64,000 nt of DNA, taken from positions 1,140,392 to 1,204,391 of the forward strand of contig CAJINV010000013.1 of the NCBI GenBank assembly GCA_905178155.1. Reading direction: 5' to 3'. The stretch's first letter is position 1; each line of letters opens with the position of its first letter. Positions 22,302 through 35,291 of this stretch are shown here, piece by piece. Below the pieces are notes generated by a model. It saw nothing but the letters and a program-made list of their open reading frames with translations. It searched no databases and was not told where the DNA came from. The stretch is from Amoebophrya sp. A120 (lineage: Eukaryota; Protista; Dinoflagellata). The position numbers were made by a program, and so were the translations under genes.

Positions 22302-24342
22302 TCATACTTCGAAGAGCTGGTTCAGGTCATCCGGCGGTACGAAGGAACCGGCACCTGTAAATGGCTTGTTGAATCCAATGCGCAGGCATTGCTATACGAA
22401 TCTACTACCAGGCTGTAGTAGTGGTAGTCCGCTGTTCGTTTATACAAATGTTGAGTGCTGTGAAGTATCTATCCTACCTGGGTTCCACTTGTCAAAAAAG
22501 TTTATCATTTTTGTCATACCAGCGAAAGCACTGCTTCGTAGCACGACCGGGTCGAGAAGCATCAGCTGCTGAACGCCGGTGTCAGACTCCGCCTTTATCA
22601 CACTGAGAATTTCCCTTATTTTTGCGCAGCCTACAATCGACTCCACAACCTCTTGCGGCAGAGGACTGCGTGCTCGGCAAGCCTTCTAGTTGTATGTGAT
22701 CCCCAACATAATCTTCATTCAGACAATTTCTGTGATCGCTGCCGCTAGTACAACTTGATTCGCATGATAGAAGAGAGTCCCTATGCAAAAAAGTACGACC
22801 TGTATCTTCGTTCACTATGGGCGCAAAAATAATATTCGTTCCCTCAAGAATTCTATTCTGATACTGATGACCCCCTGCATGTCGGTCACCATCTCCTTGC
22901 CACCGGAGATGTAGAAGACGAAGTGGAAGAACGTGTGCGCGAGCTCGCAGAAGTGCTCACCGCCGTCGAACAGGAACTTGTCCACCTCCAAACCGCCGCC
23001 CGTCGGCGAGTTTGCGCTCATGGCCTCGACAAACGCGTGCGGCAGTTGTGTCAGCAAGGCACTGTCGCCCACCTGAATTAGCGCCGACATCTGGCTGTCC
23101 AAGACTTCGCACTGGTTCGTGCGAACAATCTGCACCTGCAGGTTAGTTTGCGGGGCTCCGGCGCCGTGCTTATCGTAAAAATCCTTCCGATTTAGGTCGT
23201 ACACGACCGGCGCTGAACCGCCGCGCGGTGTCGTCGCACCACCGAAAAATAAAGGGTCCTCGTTGAACAGAAACTTCGGCTGGTCGTCCCCGCCTCCGCC
23301 CATGGGTGAGCGTGACGATGAACTCGAAGCGGAAAATTTCTCGTTAAATTTCGCCGCGTAAGCTTGCGCCCGCGCGATGTCTTCAATATCCTCGGCTGTT
23401 TTATCCGGAACGCGGTCGTCGATGTGTGTGCTAACGCTTATCAAGTACGTGTTACCATCGTTCGCGCGCCCCACCCAGGTCTTTTTGGAACGGAAGCGGT
23501 ACGCTTCGCGCCACGGGTACAGATCCCACAACGGCGAGTAGACGGTCCGCCCGGCTGTGACTGTCTGCGACGTGGCTTGGTTGATTGATGTTGTTCCTCC
23601 CCAGTCGGTTCGCATGGGTGAGGACATCAGCCCGCCGACCGTCACTGTCGGCGCATCTATGGATGTGTCAGGATTGAAATCGTCACAGTTGAAATAATTT
23701 CTCATGCAGAAATTGCAACGCATGAAGTGCCTCTCTTGCAGGGATGGCAAGTGAGGCCGACTGTAAGCCTGTTTGGGGTCTGCATTAGAGCTGCTGAAGT
23801 AGCATGACAAAAGACGCCGTCTGTCTCTAAACAGCATAAGAAACTGAATTTAGACAGTGCCGAGGTTTGTCATGCACCGCTTAGAAATTGGGCTTCCAAT
23901 TGCCATCCATTTTATGCGTCGCAAACTATTTCAACTTTGACGATTTCAATCCTGACACCTCCATAGCATCCGTGTAGTCCTTATTGTTCCGTCTTCTGGC
24001 CTTGCCCTGCGTCTTCTCTATCGTGCGCCGCTTGTGGATGCTGAAGCGCTTCGAGAAGTTTTCGGAGTGGAAAACCTGCAGTTGCCCGAACTTCAGCACC
24101 TTTCCGGACTGGAAATCCCGAATTTTCAGCTGGCAGTCGCCGAGGTCGGCGTCCCCACCATTGCTCTGGTAGAACGACGTCGGGTCGATCTCGCACAGCT
24201 TCAGCGGTTCCTCACACACTTTTATCAGCGATTGACCCATGATGCCAACAAGAATGTAGTGCGGGTCATACAGTAGCTGCTGTTGTCCGAATGCAACAAC
24301 ACCTCTGGCGCTACTTAGATCAATATTTACGACCCCCGGCAC
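22302..24342 (-). CDS. alpha-kinase (eEF2K/MHCK family)-like protein, multi-exon, 5' end uncertain
   Basis: AQAYAAKFN, AFVE, ELAHTFFHFVFYISGGKEMVTDMQGV, and downstream exon LLDPVV..GMTKMINFF match alpha-kinase motifs. Introner removal joins KDYTD|APTVTV in frame. The 3' end is approximate. Confidence 0.7.
23658..23965. mobile_element. introner-like TIR element, family TATGGA
   Basis: ~39-bp TIRs TATGGA(T/G)GTGTCAGGATTGAAATCGTCA(C/A)AGTTGAAATA, GCATC direct repeats; removing 313 nt restores the frame. Confidence 0.9.
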
Positions 24343-25252
24343 TTATCATGGCGGGTCCACCGAACAACAGAGGAAATAACAGGACGAGCGCAATAGATAT
24401 TACTGGTCACACCGATAGAGGTGGTTCCACGCATCTTCCTTGTGTTCTCCGTCCCACCTCTTCAGAGAAGTCGTTGAATTCGCAGGTTCAGAGTCAATGT
24501 CAAATGTATCAAGACCACAGACCGATCATTTACAGAATCAAATCAGACTATGGCGAACGCACTACTCTCCAGCAGAACCGAAACCAAAGACGAAGAACGA
24601 AGAACCTTCACAAATGAGTCTTGTTCTCCAGCGCACTTCTGGAGCCAGGCACTCTGACATGCTATCTCTCCGCCTAATACCTAGCAGATCGGCTCCTATA
24701 CGTCACGCGGAACGTAGGTGCTCTCTCGACAACTCTGCTGACAAGATCCTCCGTCGCTGTGCTCAGCTGCATCGTAGCAGTTGCACACACGCTTCGAGAA
24801 AAGAGTAATTACAGTAAGTTACTGTAGAAGTGTGGTTAGTTTTCCAATGGTTCTCTGGGTCCGTCTGGTAGTACTCGCGGTAGAGAGATTGTTCTTCGTG
24901 TTTTCTTGCTGGTTCCGCAATCTCGTGTTGCTTTGGTTGTTACGTCTCTCTTTGCGACCTCTGTGTAAAAAGAAACGGAGAGGCATCAAATTCTGTGAAG
25001 TACTCGACAAATGCTTCACTCTAGGTCTAGTCGAAACAAATTCGCTTGGAAATAAAGGGATCGAACATGAAACTGATGTGGACTTGTTCGGGGTAAAAGT
25101 TGATCTTTTTCGCGAAACTATGTTTTAGTTTGAGGAACTTGGTCTCATTCTTAAACACAGATAGTGTAGTAGAAAAGAAGCATGGCGAAGCCTCACGGCG
25201 GGGGGAGGGGGGCATTTGCTACTGAAGCAGAAGGGGTTTTTTTCTCGGTACT

Positions 25253-25890
25253 TCACACCTCCCTGGCGGCCATAGCGTAGTATTTTTGTCTGAGCTCCTC
25301 GAGGTTATCGGCACCAACACTCAATCGGCTCGACGACAAAGAACTGGCCTTCGATGCGGTGTCCGCTTGGTAATGGTAGCCTTCATACCCGTACCCTTCG
25401 TCTTCGTCGTAGCCCTCGTCTTCCTCTGGACCCCACCTGTTTTGACAGAGTGTGCACAAAAAGTGTAGTTTTTAAACGACATCATTCGCAGAATTACTAC
25501 ACGATTGAAAACTTAAACTGTGCTCAGCTGCTACGAATTAGCAACCTCCACATTTTTGAACAAACCAATACGGAATTACAACAGGCACACACTACAAACA
25601 CACTCCCGGAGTCACGTCAATGACACAACAAACATCAGTAAAGAAAAAGTCGACGTACGCTTCTCCCTCGCCGTGCGCGCCCCCACCGTAGTCGTCCTGC
25701 GCATCGACTTCGGAAGTGTAGCCCTCGTCCTCCTCCTCGTAGTAGGCCTCGCCTTCCGCGTCATAGCCGTGGCCGTGGCCTTCCCAGCCATCGTCACCGT
25801 AGTCCTCCTCTTCCCAATAAGCCTCGCCTTCCGCCTTCTGCTGGCTGAGCCGCATGGGCCGGTACACGGGATTGGGGATCTTCTCGCCAC
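25253..25890 (-). CDS. acidic E/D/G/Y-rich exons of a hypothetical protein (possibly 5' exons of the alpha-kinase gene)
   Basis: Coding-like segments AEGEAYWEEEDYG... and EEDEGYDEDEGYGY... separated by AT-richer intron-like DNA. Confidence 0.5.
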
Positions 25891-27172
25891 CACACATTAT
25901 TTTCAGGTAGAACAACTAAAAGAAATGATCTGCTGGTTTCGTGCGACGACTGTTTGTATGTCAAGAATAGGTCCCGTTGATTAAAACAAGACGAAGCACA
26001 ACGGGTATTTGTGTCAGTAGTTGGGGATTATATATGGGAAACTGTATGTAAGTGTTCGAGATACATCATTGCTCCTCAGATGATGCATGCATCATGAACA
26101 TCAACATGTACAACGATGCACTACATTTGTTACTGTCCGTATTCCTACGCAGCCGTCGAAAATCTGCACCGCCAAGGCTCAGTAACCGAGTACTTGAATC
26201 ATTCCGACATGACGCGAGGCCGACAGAGTCTTGAAATTTCTCCTTCTCGTACGATCCAAACCGATTTTTACCGAAATGTGATTCTTTCGACAAGAAGACA
26301 AGGATTGCATTGTGAGCAAAAGTACGAAATTTATTTGCGCACTCTGCCCATGTTTTGCTGCTGTTCGTTTTGTACGAAATATCGTAGGTGCACGATAAAA
26401 CAGAACGTTGCACGATGATGTAGACGCACCCATCTTCGTTGGGCAGCAACTACATGAAAAAAAGTACCACCACACTGAATATGCATGCAGAAGGTATGGC
26501 ACTTAGACCGAAAAATGATTACTAGAATTAAAATTTTCAGGAGGAGGCACGAAATCAAGAACGCCTCCACAGACAAGAGCTAATTCAATCCTGGCGGTCT
26601 TTGTTCATGGTATGTTGTAGGGGGCTAAACATCGATGTGACAAAGTGCGTCCGTTGGTAGACGTGTTCCTTTTCATTCATGCTTGCTGAAAAATTTGGGG
26701 AACGACAACGAGCTAAATTGGTTTTCCTTTTCCATAGCAAAAGGTACTTGACATCCAATTTCGTAGGTGGGTCGTACACACATTCGGGTAGAACTGACAC
26801 CGACAAAAAAATCAGCTCCGCGGTCGATGTTCCCCGGGTCTTTTTTACGTTCATGCGTCCTTCCTCCTAGTAATAGCACACACTTCGAAATTAAGTATGA
26901 AGAAGCGGTTCTGCTATGTAAAACAACATCGTGGCATAAAAGCACAACGAGAAACCACTAGTACTGCAACCCTAGTGAAAATTTTCATTTTTCCAATAAT
27001 CTTCTCGTTCAGACTCAAGGAGGGCATGGTATCTTCTCGGGTCCCGCATACTGTATTCCTGGTCTGTGGCCATCTGCTTTTTGTACCTCTTGTTCTCTGG
27101 GGGTTATGGAAAGAAAAAAAGCCCTACCATAATCGTATCGTAGATGCAAAAAGGCTGCCAAAACATACATAC

Positions 27173-29697
27173 TTATTGTATATTCATCTGGCTTATGGTT
27201 ATGTGCCGCGCCATGTTCCATACAAGTCCTCGACCGGGCATGTTTCTGTAGAAGTTGTAAAGTACACCACGGATTGTTTTTTCTGCATGAACCAACTTCC
27301 AGATTGTGATAGGCAAATTTTTTCCTTTCCGTATCTTTGCGTCCTTGACCACGAATTCTTCGTTCACCTGGCGAAGAAAAGTTTTTTCGACGCCGTGCTC
27401 CTCGCGGCGCTTGTCCCGCAATTCCACCCTTTTTTGCACGTCGTGCGGCTCGTGGTTACGCGCGTTCCGCACTTTCTTACGCTTGTTCGAGCCCCCTCCC
27501 GAAGAGGCCTTCTTTTCATGGTACGCTTTGCCGGCCTGCAATCTCTTCAGATACTTGTCGTCGTACGTCTATCATGAGCAAAAATCCACCTCCTTGTTGT
27601 TTCCCACACCTGGAGAAACAGAACTAAAATAGACCCGGAAAGGGAAGTTAACAAAACCGCATAACAAGTAATTGACGGCCAAGGACGTGCGTCAGCGTCT
27701 TGGTATACATCAGACATCACTACGAATCATATGCATATCAAACGCCTTTATTTACAACAATATGGGGAACACCACGCAAGGGGGGACGACTACGACTTTT
27801 TTCATTTTGATAACTCGAATCCGAAGCGGTCGAAGACCTGCTTCGCCGCGAGCGCAAATTGCTCCTCGTTCAGGTCTGTGGTGGTGCTACCGTCTTCGTT
27901 GACGTGCGTTCTCGGTGGAGCACCGCGGCCACGACTCCGGTCACTGTCTGTGTCCGACGACACGTCCCGAAAGGAGAACGAGAAGGACCGGGAGAGCATC
28001 TTGCGGGTCCGTTGCACGCGCGCGCCCGCGTCCGGCTCTGTCGTAATCAGGTTAAAGAAGCGCGCGAACGCGCCCTGAAAGTGCTTGTGGCTCGTACTCA
28101 CCACCGTAGTGGTGACCACTTCGACCGGGGGCTTCTTCGCAGTCCTGCTACTTCCACTGGCGGTTCTGCTCAGCGAGGCCGTGGAATGCGAATGGGCGGT
28201 CGAAGCGAGTCGGGTTTTGCTCTCGGTGTGCTTCAACGAAGCAGCATCTTGCCGCGGCCCTCGGGGACTAGTCGCGCGGCTCAGTTCGTCGACGTAGGAT
28301 GTTGAATCCATGTGCCCGAAATCTGGCTTCGAACTTTGTTTCACCAAGAGCGGCTTGCCCCGCGGCGTTGGTGTGCTGACAGCGGGACCTCCACTGTCGC
28401 CTTTGCCCAAGGCGGACTTCTTCTTCACCAAGCTCGCCCGACGGCTTGGGCGATCGGAAGCCGTCACAACTTCGTGCCCATGCAAGGAGTGCAAGTCCGT
28501 GTCCTCCTCGTCAAATGGGTCCGCAGAAGTGGTGCTTTTGATCATTTTCTGCTCCTGCGAGACGGTACTGGTAGCTTGGCGTGCGGATTTTTTTCGGGTT
28601 GTACGACGGTCCTCGGCACTTGTAGTTCTTGTGCCCCTCGGCGCGCGCTGGCCGCCTTTGTCGCTGCCACTGTCACTCGAAGTAACTTGCCGCGGACCTC
28701 CACCAGCTCTCGAGGTGCTGGCGGGCTGCTGGTGTTCTGCCGCCAGCAGGTCACGCACAGATCCGGTGGATTGTAGGCTTCTCGTGGAACTACTCTCCCG
28801 CGAAATCACAGGTGCTGCAGCTGCACCACCACTTCTATTATTAGTACTTTGACCCGTATCTACAACCTGGCCTGTGACTTTTTTCTGCAGCAGCTTCTGC
28901 TGCGGGGACGGCGCGCTGTTATTGCCTGTGGATTCGACCGAGGCGAGCGACATCCTCTTGTTCTGCTCCGCTTCTTGTTTAATATTCCCGACACCGGAGG
29001 ACACGACCGACGTTTTCGATGCAGAGGCAGTTTTTCGTCCTGGAGAGACCAACGCGTCCACGGCTGCTGTGCTCACGCGTGACAACAACGAAAAAAACGA
29101 CGCGCTCTTTCTCTCCTGAGGCTGAGCTGGAGCTGCTGTAGTAGTATTTCGCGGCGACGACCCTGCCGTGGCCGTTGTGTTCTGCTTATCTACAACTGCT
29201 CCAGCACCAGCATGGTCTTTATTCTTGTTGTCGTCTGTAAGAAGCTGACCACTGGTCGGCTGACTCGTCGCGCGACGCGCAGTAGCTCTGCTCGCCGCCT
29301 CATGCTGCAGAACTGCGGCACCGCTACCTTCACGCCTGCGGGACGCACCAGCAGTTGTGATTCGCTTCGTCGGTGCGGTCGCAGCACTGTGGGCGCGACT
29401 GCGGGGCGTCAGCGGTGCAGCCACCACACGGTAATTGTTGTTTTTGTCCACGAAGTTGTAATTGTTCGCGTCGTAGTCAACGTGAAGAAAAGCTGCAGCG
29501 TCCTCCGATGACGACGCCACGTGGTCGTCCACTGGCGTAAGCGTAATCATCTCCGGGGAATCGGTGCCCTGCTCGCCTTTCGGTCCTCGGGGACTCGTCG
29601 CTCTCCGCGGTGAACGCGGGGCTGTCACGTCGTCGCCCGCGCGGGGAGGAGTCATGATGGGATCGTGAGGAGGTGGCACTACCGGAGGTACTACCAA
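27173..29697 (-). CDS. hypothetical Ser/Thr-rich low-complexity protein with basic C-terminal exon
   Basis: 631-codon ORF 27802-29697 plus coding-like ORF 27173-27541, probably joined by an intron. Confidence 0.6.
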
Positions 29698-30983
29698 ATG
29701 CTATTCCGGCGGTTTTGTCGGGGAAATGCGTGGTATATGTATAAATATCATGCGAAAATGAAGAGTAAAAGGAGAAATTTATGTTGTGTATGTTCGGTAC
29801 TCCTAGGTAGTAGCCTAGTGGGAAACTACCTCCGCAGAATTCTAAACAAAGCTGCAAGCTGCTCTACGCGGGGAAGAGGTTACTTATTTTCACCTGTAGA
29901 AATTTACGAATACGATGAACGACACCATGAAGGACTTTTAGTCGACGTGGCAGTGGTGCTGGCGATTTCTTAAGTGCGTTGTTTAATACGCTTTGTTGGT
30001 CGTACGGTGTATCATATGAACGACATTGACAACCACGAAGAAGAGGTACGTAGCACAACAAAGAGAGTGTAAGTATTCACGACAAGAGTCAGGAAAAGAT
30101 TCTGTTTTTGCACGAAAAGTAGCACATCTTGCGCACCTTACCGATCCTGGTCGTGGTCGCGACTTGCTTGAGGACGTCCACATCATCGAAAAAGGTGAAG
30201 GAATGTAGAAAAATGCGAGTTGTTGTGCGAAGTTGAAGCAAAAGAGCCGATCAAAGAACAGGGACGCAAAACCGAAGAAGAAAGTGATGTTCAAAACGAT
30301 CGATGGCAAAAAGTTGCAACAAGTGATCAAGAGGTCATGCTTGCAGTTCATACCGACTTAGTCTTTCTCTTTCATTGTTAACCGAGGAGGAGCGGCTCTA
30401 CTTCTACTCCGGGTCTAGACCGACTTCTGACGGCAAAAGGGGCGGCTATACACGTACAACTAAACCACCCTTGTTACAGTGTGTAACAACCAAACCACCC
30501 TTGTTACAGGACACGAGGACCATGGACTTGAGCGACCGCAAAAAATACACAGTTTATTCCAGAGTCTATTTTTTTTTCCGAACGCGTTTCGAAAACAATG
30601 TTGTTGCCTTGTTGTTGATGTTCATGTATACTGTAAATGCGCGTCGATTCTTCACGTTAGTCCAATGTCGCATAACCAGAAACATCTTCATCCAACCCTT
30701 CGAAGGACTTTCTACTCCTCCTGCGTCCTAGTTGCATGTGCATGATAAAGGGATGGAGATATCAAGAGAAAGAGATCGGGATGGGGGGACACTTTTGCGG
30801 GCGATGTCCATGTCACCCGGACAGGACCTTGAATTTGATAGGCCAAGTGCCGTTGTACCAAGTAATTGTAAAAACGGGGGGCGAAACCGAAAACACCGGC
30901 TTCTCATTTTGTCTACGTGGCAGATCTTCGAGTGACAGAGGTCGGCGTTCATTGGTTCATACCTCGCTTCGACAGGAACATTT

Positions 30984-33588
30984 TCACGCGTACTGCTCCA
31001 TGACGTCACCCATCCTTGCCCGTTGCTCCATCATCTGCTCTCGATTTTGCTGGGTCAGCTGCTGCATCTTCCCGATGAGCGGGTCCTGCGCCTTGATCTT
31101 CTCACCGATCACCTCCGCTTTGCCGTGCAAATTGTCCAGCATGTCCTCTATCATATCCATTCTGTCGTTGGTTGCATCATCGTACTTCGGATCACGCGTC
31201 CTCTCCTTGATGTGTGCTGCAGAAAAGTTCTTTGCTAACACAGGTCTAGAAGTTCTTGCGGCGCCTTAGGTAGGGTGCATCGTTGTTCTCGCAGAACAAT
31301 ACTGGTTTCTGCTGACACAGGTCCTATAAAAAAATTGTTGCGTCTACTTGCTGTTCTTTGGCTTTGCGTGCATCGTTCTGCATTCAAAAAACGATCTACT
31401 CATGGTCTACTTTATTGTTGGTTCATTTCCTCTTCGCATGACCACGTGATACAAACTTGAACTCGGACGACCTATGCTAGCAAATATGCGAATTCCCGTA
31501 GTTCCTTGAGAAGTCTCCTCTGTGCCCGGACGTTGCGGCGGAGTCCCTGCTGGACCCGGTTATCAATCCAGACGTCGTGCACCCCGAGGCGGATGTACTC
31601 GAGGCAGGACTGCACGTTTTTTACCCACTGCGCCTGCGCGTGCGGGCTCGGCGTGTCGAACAGCCACGGTTGCTCCCGCGTGTTTTTGTCCTGGAACACG
31701 GCAAAGCCGCCCGGTTTTTTCTTCCACAAGTTTTGTATCGCCTGCGGGGCGCTGGGGTCGTTGAACAGCAAGAGGACGGAATACCGCGTGAGCATGATCT
31801 CCTGAAAAAACGGACTCTCCTCGTCGTCGGCGATGGACAGGAGGCTATCAAATGCAAAAATGTCTGGGTCTAGAATGTTGCCGGGTTTATCATGCATGTT
31901 TTGCATGAGCCAGGATGTCTGTAATGCATGACTTAGCTGCATCGCAGATTTTTAGAGGGCTTCGCGATGCCTAATCCGCATGACAAATGCCCTCCCCGCG
32001 TAGCACAAACTAAGTAGACTCCTCTTGCTGAGCATGCAATACAGAGTTTTTTAGAGTCCAGAGTTAGCATCACAAGCTCCAACCTTCCAGACCCAGACAT
32101 TTTTACATGTGATAGAGGTTGCCGTGGCACATCATGTAGCACTTCATCCACCGGTCCTGGTAGCTGATGCCCGCCTTTTTCACGTACCTGATAGAACGAT
32201 TTCGGGTGTTTAACTTGCATTCATCTTCACGCTGTGCTTTAGTTTCACCTGCATTTCTTCTCGGAAAAACTTTAGCAGCTGTCGAGGACACACGCGCCGA
32301 AAAAAGGCATCGAGAATGATTTATTTCAGTGACACTTCATCATCAAGTGTGGCATACACAATTGCGCTCTTCAACATCTTCTTTCTTGTTCGAATCGCAC
32401 CAGACAATCTTGACCAATATTTATAGACGTACCCTTGCCAGAATATCGGGTAGTTGTAGGGCGAGACGGGCTGGAGCTTCATCAACTCAAACTTTGCGTC
32501 CGCGCGCTCTCCGCCGCCGGTGAGCCCCTCCATGCCGCCGAGGATCTTGTCCCCCTTCCGCAGGTTCTCGTTGATGTGGTCCTGTCGTTCCAGAATCCGC
32601 TTCATCGCGTCCGTGTTGTGGTCTAGCCCCATCATGGTGGAGTCCGCCTTCTCGTGCGCGGCGTGCAAGTGCCCAATCACGCGGTCCAGCGTGTTTCCGT
32701 ATCCGCGAGGCAAAAACATCGTCCCCAGACGAGACAGCGACAACAGTAAGATGACAAAAATCTGCTACGCTTACAGCCCGAGGTCGAGTAGCAGGCCTGA
32801 CTCTGAAAACACATCACGCCTGATGTAAAAAAAATAGCGTGGCTAAGGATGTCGAACCATATCTCCCATAAGTCTGCGCATGACAGCATATGCTCACCTC
32901 CTGCGAGCACCATACGAATTCGCATAAGCAACAGGTCTCGGTGGAGATGGGGATGTTTTTGCCTAGGATATCACGTTTTCGATTTTCAACATCTCCGCAG
33001 TTTCCTCCATCTGGTGCTTGTCCATGCCATACCATTTGTATCCAAGTGCAGCACAACTTTCCCTTATTCTCATTTCTGATGCAAATCGCCATTTCTGATG
33101 CAAAACACCCATTGCAAGCCTGCTTCTACTACTAATTACGCATGGCATCGGAGATCGGACTCGGAGTGACAGATTCTGGAATCGGAAACGAAATCCTGAC
33201 TCAATAGGAATCTAGAGAGCACTGGAATTTTTATCGGTGTTTGGGTGTGTGATGAAGTCATTACATTTCATCTGCTGTGGTCTTTTCTGCGTCACCGACG
33301 ATCATGCCCTGCTTCTTCAAAGAAAAAATGAGAAGGCGGAGGGGCCACGCTGCACTCTGATAATTTGTCGGGGTTGGTTGGGTGTGTTGGGTCGTGCACG
33401 AAATTTTCTATGTGCCCGTCGTGGGGCCGGCCCTCTCCCTCGCCTTGCACATTGTCCCCAGGACCACCGCTGAAGGGATTCAGCGACGCGAAAAAATCCG
33501 CCAGCGGGTCGGCATCGGGGTTGTAGTCGTCCTCGTAGTAGTCACCCTCACCGCCCTCGTCGTAGATGTCTTCGTTATAGGATAACAT
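30984..33588 (-). CDS. SNAP-25-like Qbc-SNARE with internal PH domain, paralog A
   Basis: Qb helix LDHNTDAMKRILERQDHINENLRKGDKIL; PH-like WQGYVKKAG..DRWMKCY..FAVF..WLFDTPSPHAQAQWVKNVQ; Qc helix DMLDNLHGKAEVIGEKIKAQDPLIGKM. Probable first exon 33588-~33350. Confidence 0.75.
31846..32114. mobile_element. introner-like TIR element, family TATCAA, subfamily 3
   Basis: TIRs TATCAAATGCAAAAATGTCTGGGTCT / AGACCCAGACATTTTTACATGTGATA; direct repeats GAGGC/GAGGT. Removal gives CHGNL-LSIADDE, collinear with paralog B. Confidence 0.9.
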
Positions 33589-35291
33589 CTTTACGAGCCA
33601 AGGACGAGCGCTCTGGCGGACTACTTGCTCTTTTTTTCCTAAGCAGGTTCGTTAGGTTTTAGCTTCCCAAAGGAGAGCAAGGCTTCGCGCGCGCACAACA
33701 CGAGGACCAAGAACTACGAAAGCAGGCCATCATAGGTTCTTAGATCACAAGCGGTACCTCTGATCATGTAAAAAGTGCGACATCAGAAGTCGAATAGAAG
33801 TGCCATAGATTTTCGCTTTCATCGCAGCAGTTTGGGTTGTAAAAATGGTGTGACTGTCATATCAAATGAAGGGAGGCCTGCATCCGTTTGATGTATTGAT
33901 TATGATTTGAATCATGCAGCTACGTGTGCACAACAAGGCGAGGGAAGCTACGGAAAGTAAGTTCCTACAGAGCACGCTACCGACCGACGGCTGCTCGCTA
34001 CCGACCAGAAAGCAACTGATAGACATGCACGGCAAAACCGATTCGGATTCACAACGATTATCTTGAACTAGTATAGCCAAATTTTTCTCAACCGATGAAT
34101 TACGCTAATACCGAACAGCATTGCGATGGTTGCGGGACTCCACGTTTTTGAACCGACAAAAAACATCCAAGCTCAAGCAGGACCGATTCAATATCAAAGG
34201 CAACGACTGCATCCCTCCTGTTGTGCAACTGAGTTCAAAATCGCAAGCATATATACCGAGTTTCGTCTTCTTGCCAGCAGCCAGTGTTCCGAATGACAGT
34301 GATGGCATGACCGAGCGGAGCTTCACTCAAGTGCGAAAAGCTCCTCTGTGATGTCGTGTCGCAATCTTTTGACAAGGCGCCGCAAGGCATAGGATAATCT
34401 TCCGGGAACAAATGCCAAAAGCGAAAAGGCCATCAATTTCGCGTATACCAGTAGCATTCGGCTATGGCTTGAGGTTGAGCGGATGATGGAATAAACTACA
34501 TTAACACACCTGCGTAGTGCGATCCTGCAAGTTGTTAGGACAGCGTTTCTGTGCCAAAAAACAAACCACGCAAGGCTGTTCAGGGCAGAGGACAGAAGAA
34601 CCGTCCCCCCGACTTGCGAAACAACCCGGCGCGGTTCGTTTCGGCGAGCAAAATTTTTGTCGTGAGTAAGAGTAAGACTCGACACACAATCTCGACCTCC
34701 CGATCTATCGTCCCTTGACGCGATGAAAGAATTTATTTCAAATCCCACTACTAAAGAATAGGGTTGAGAAAAACTCCTGCTGCCTCAACCTTTGTTGAAC
34801 CCCAGAGCGTTGGCGGAATTGACAGCCATAGGGCCCGTGCTGCTTTGTGTGTCGGAAAGGGATACTGTAGCCAGCACTTGATGGGAAGATCTACACTTAG
34901 GACTGACGTCGATCAAAATACACTACCAAAGAACCCTAATTAAAAGAAAATCGGAAAAAATCACACGAATGCAAATTTCACACGACATTGTTTTCTTGTA
35001 GAGACAGTCGGCCTCGTCGGGAAGTGGAGGATATGATCAAAGGACCGATGAAGGTCATATAGATACAAGAGCCGAAACTCGAAATACATAATCCGGTAGG
35101 AGCAAGGAACCACATGAGGTAAGGATGAATGCGTTCTGCTTCTGTCTGTCGCTGTCCAAGAGCTGCTCCGTCGAGGTGAATAAAGACCGAGCGTCTCTAC
35201 TTCTTCCTCACGACCGGATCCGCACTCATAGCGATGCCTAGCCCCTCCACAACTGCATGGGTGAAAACAAACAAACCACAGCGAGTTTTCG

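Noticed and set aside
30458-30510. Direct repeat AAACCACCCTTGTTACAG x2
   Set aside because: Only two copies in intergenic DNA, with no supporting context.
30759-30840. Mini element TATCAA...TTGATA
   Set aside because: Only a 6-bp match, flanks GGAGA/GGCCA are not a TSD, and it lacks the family TIR core.
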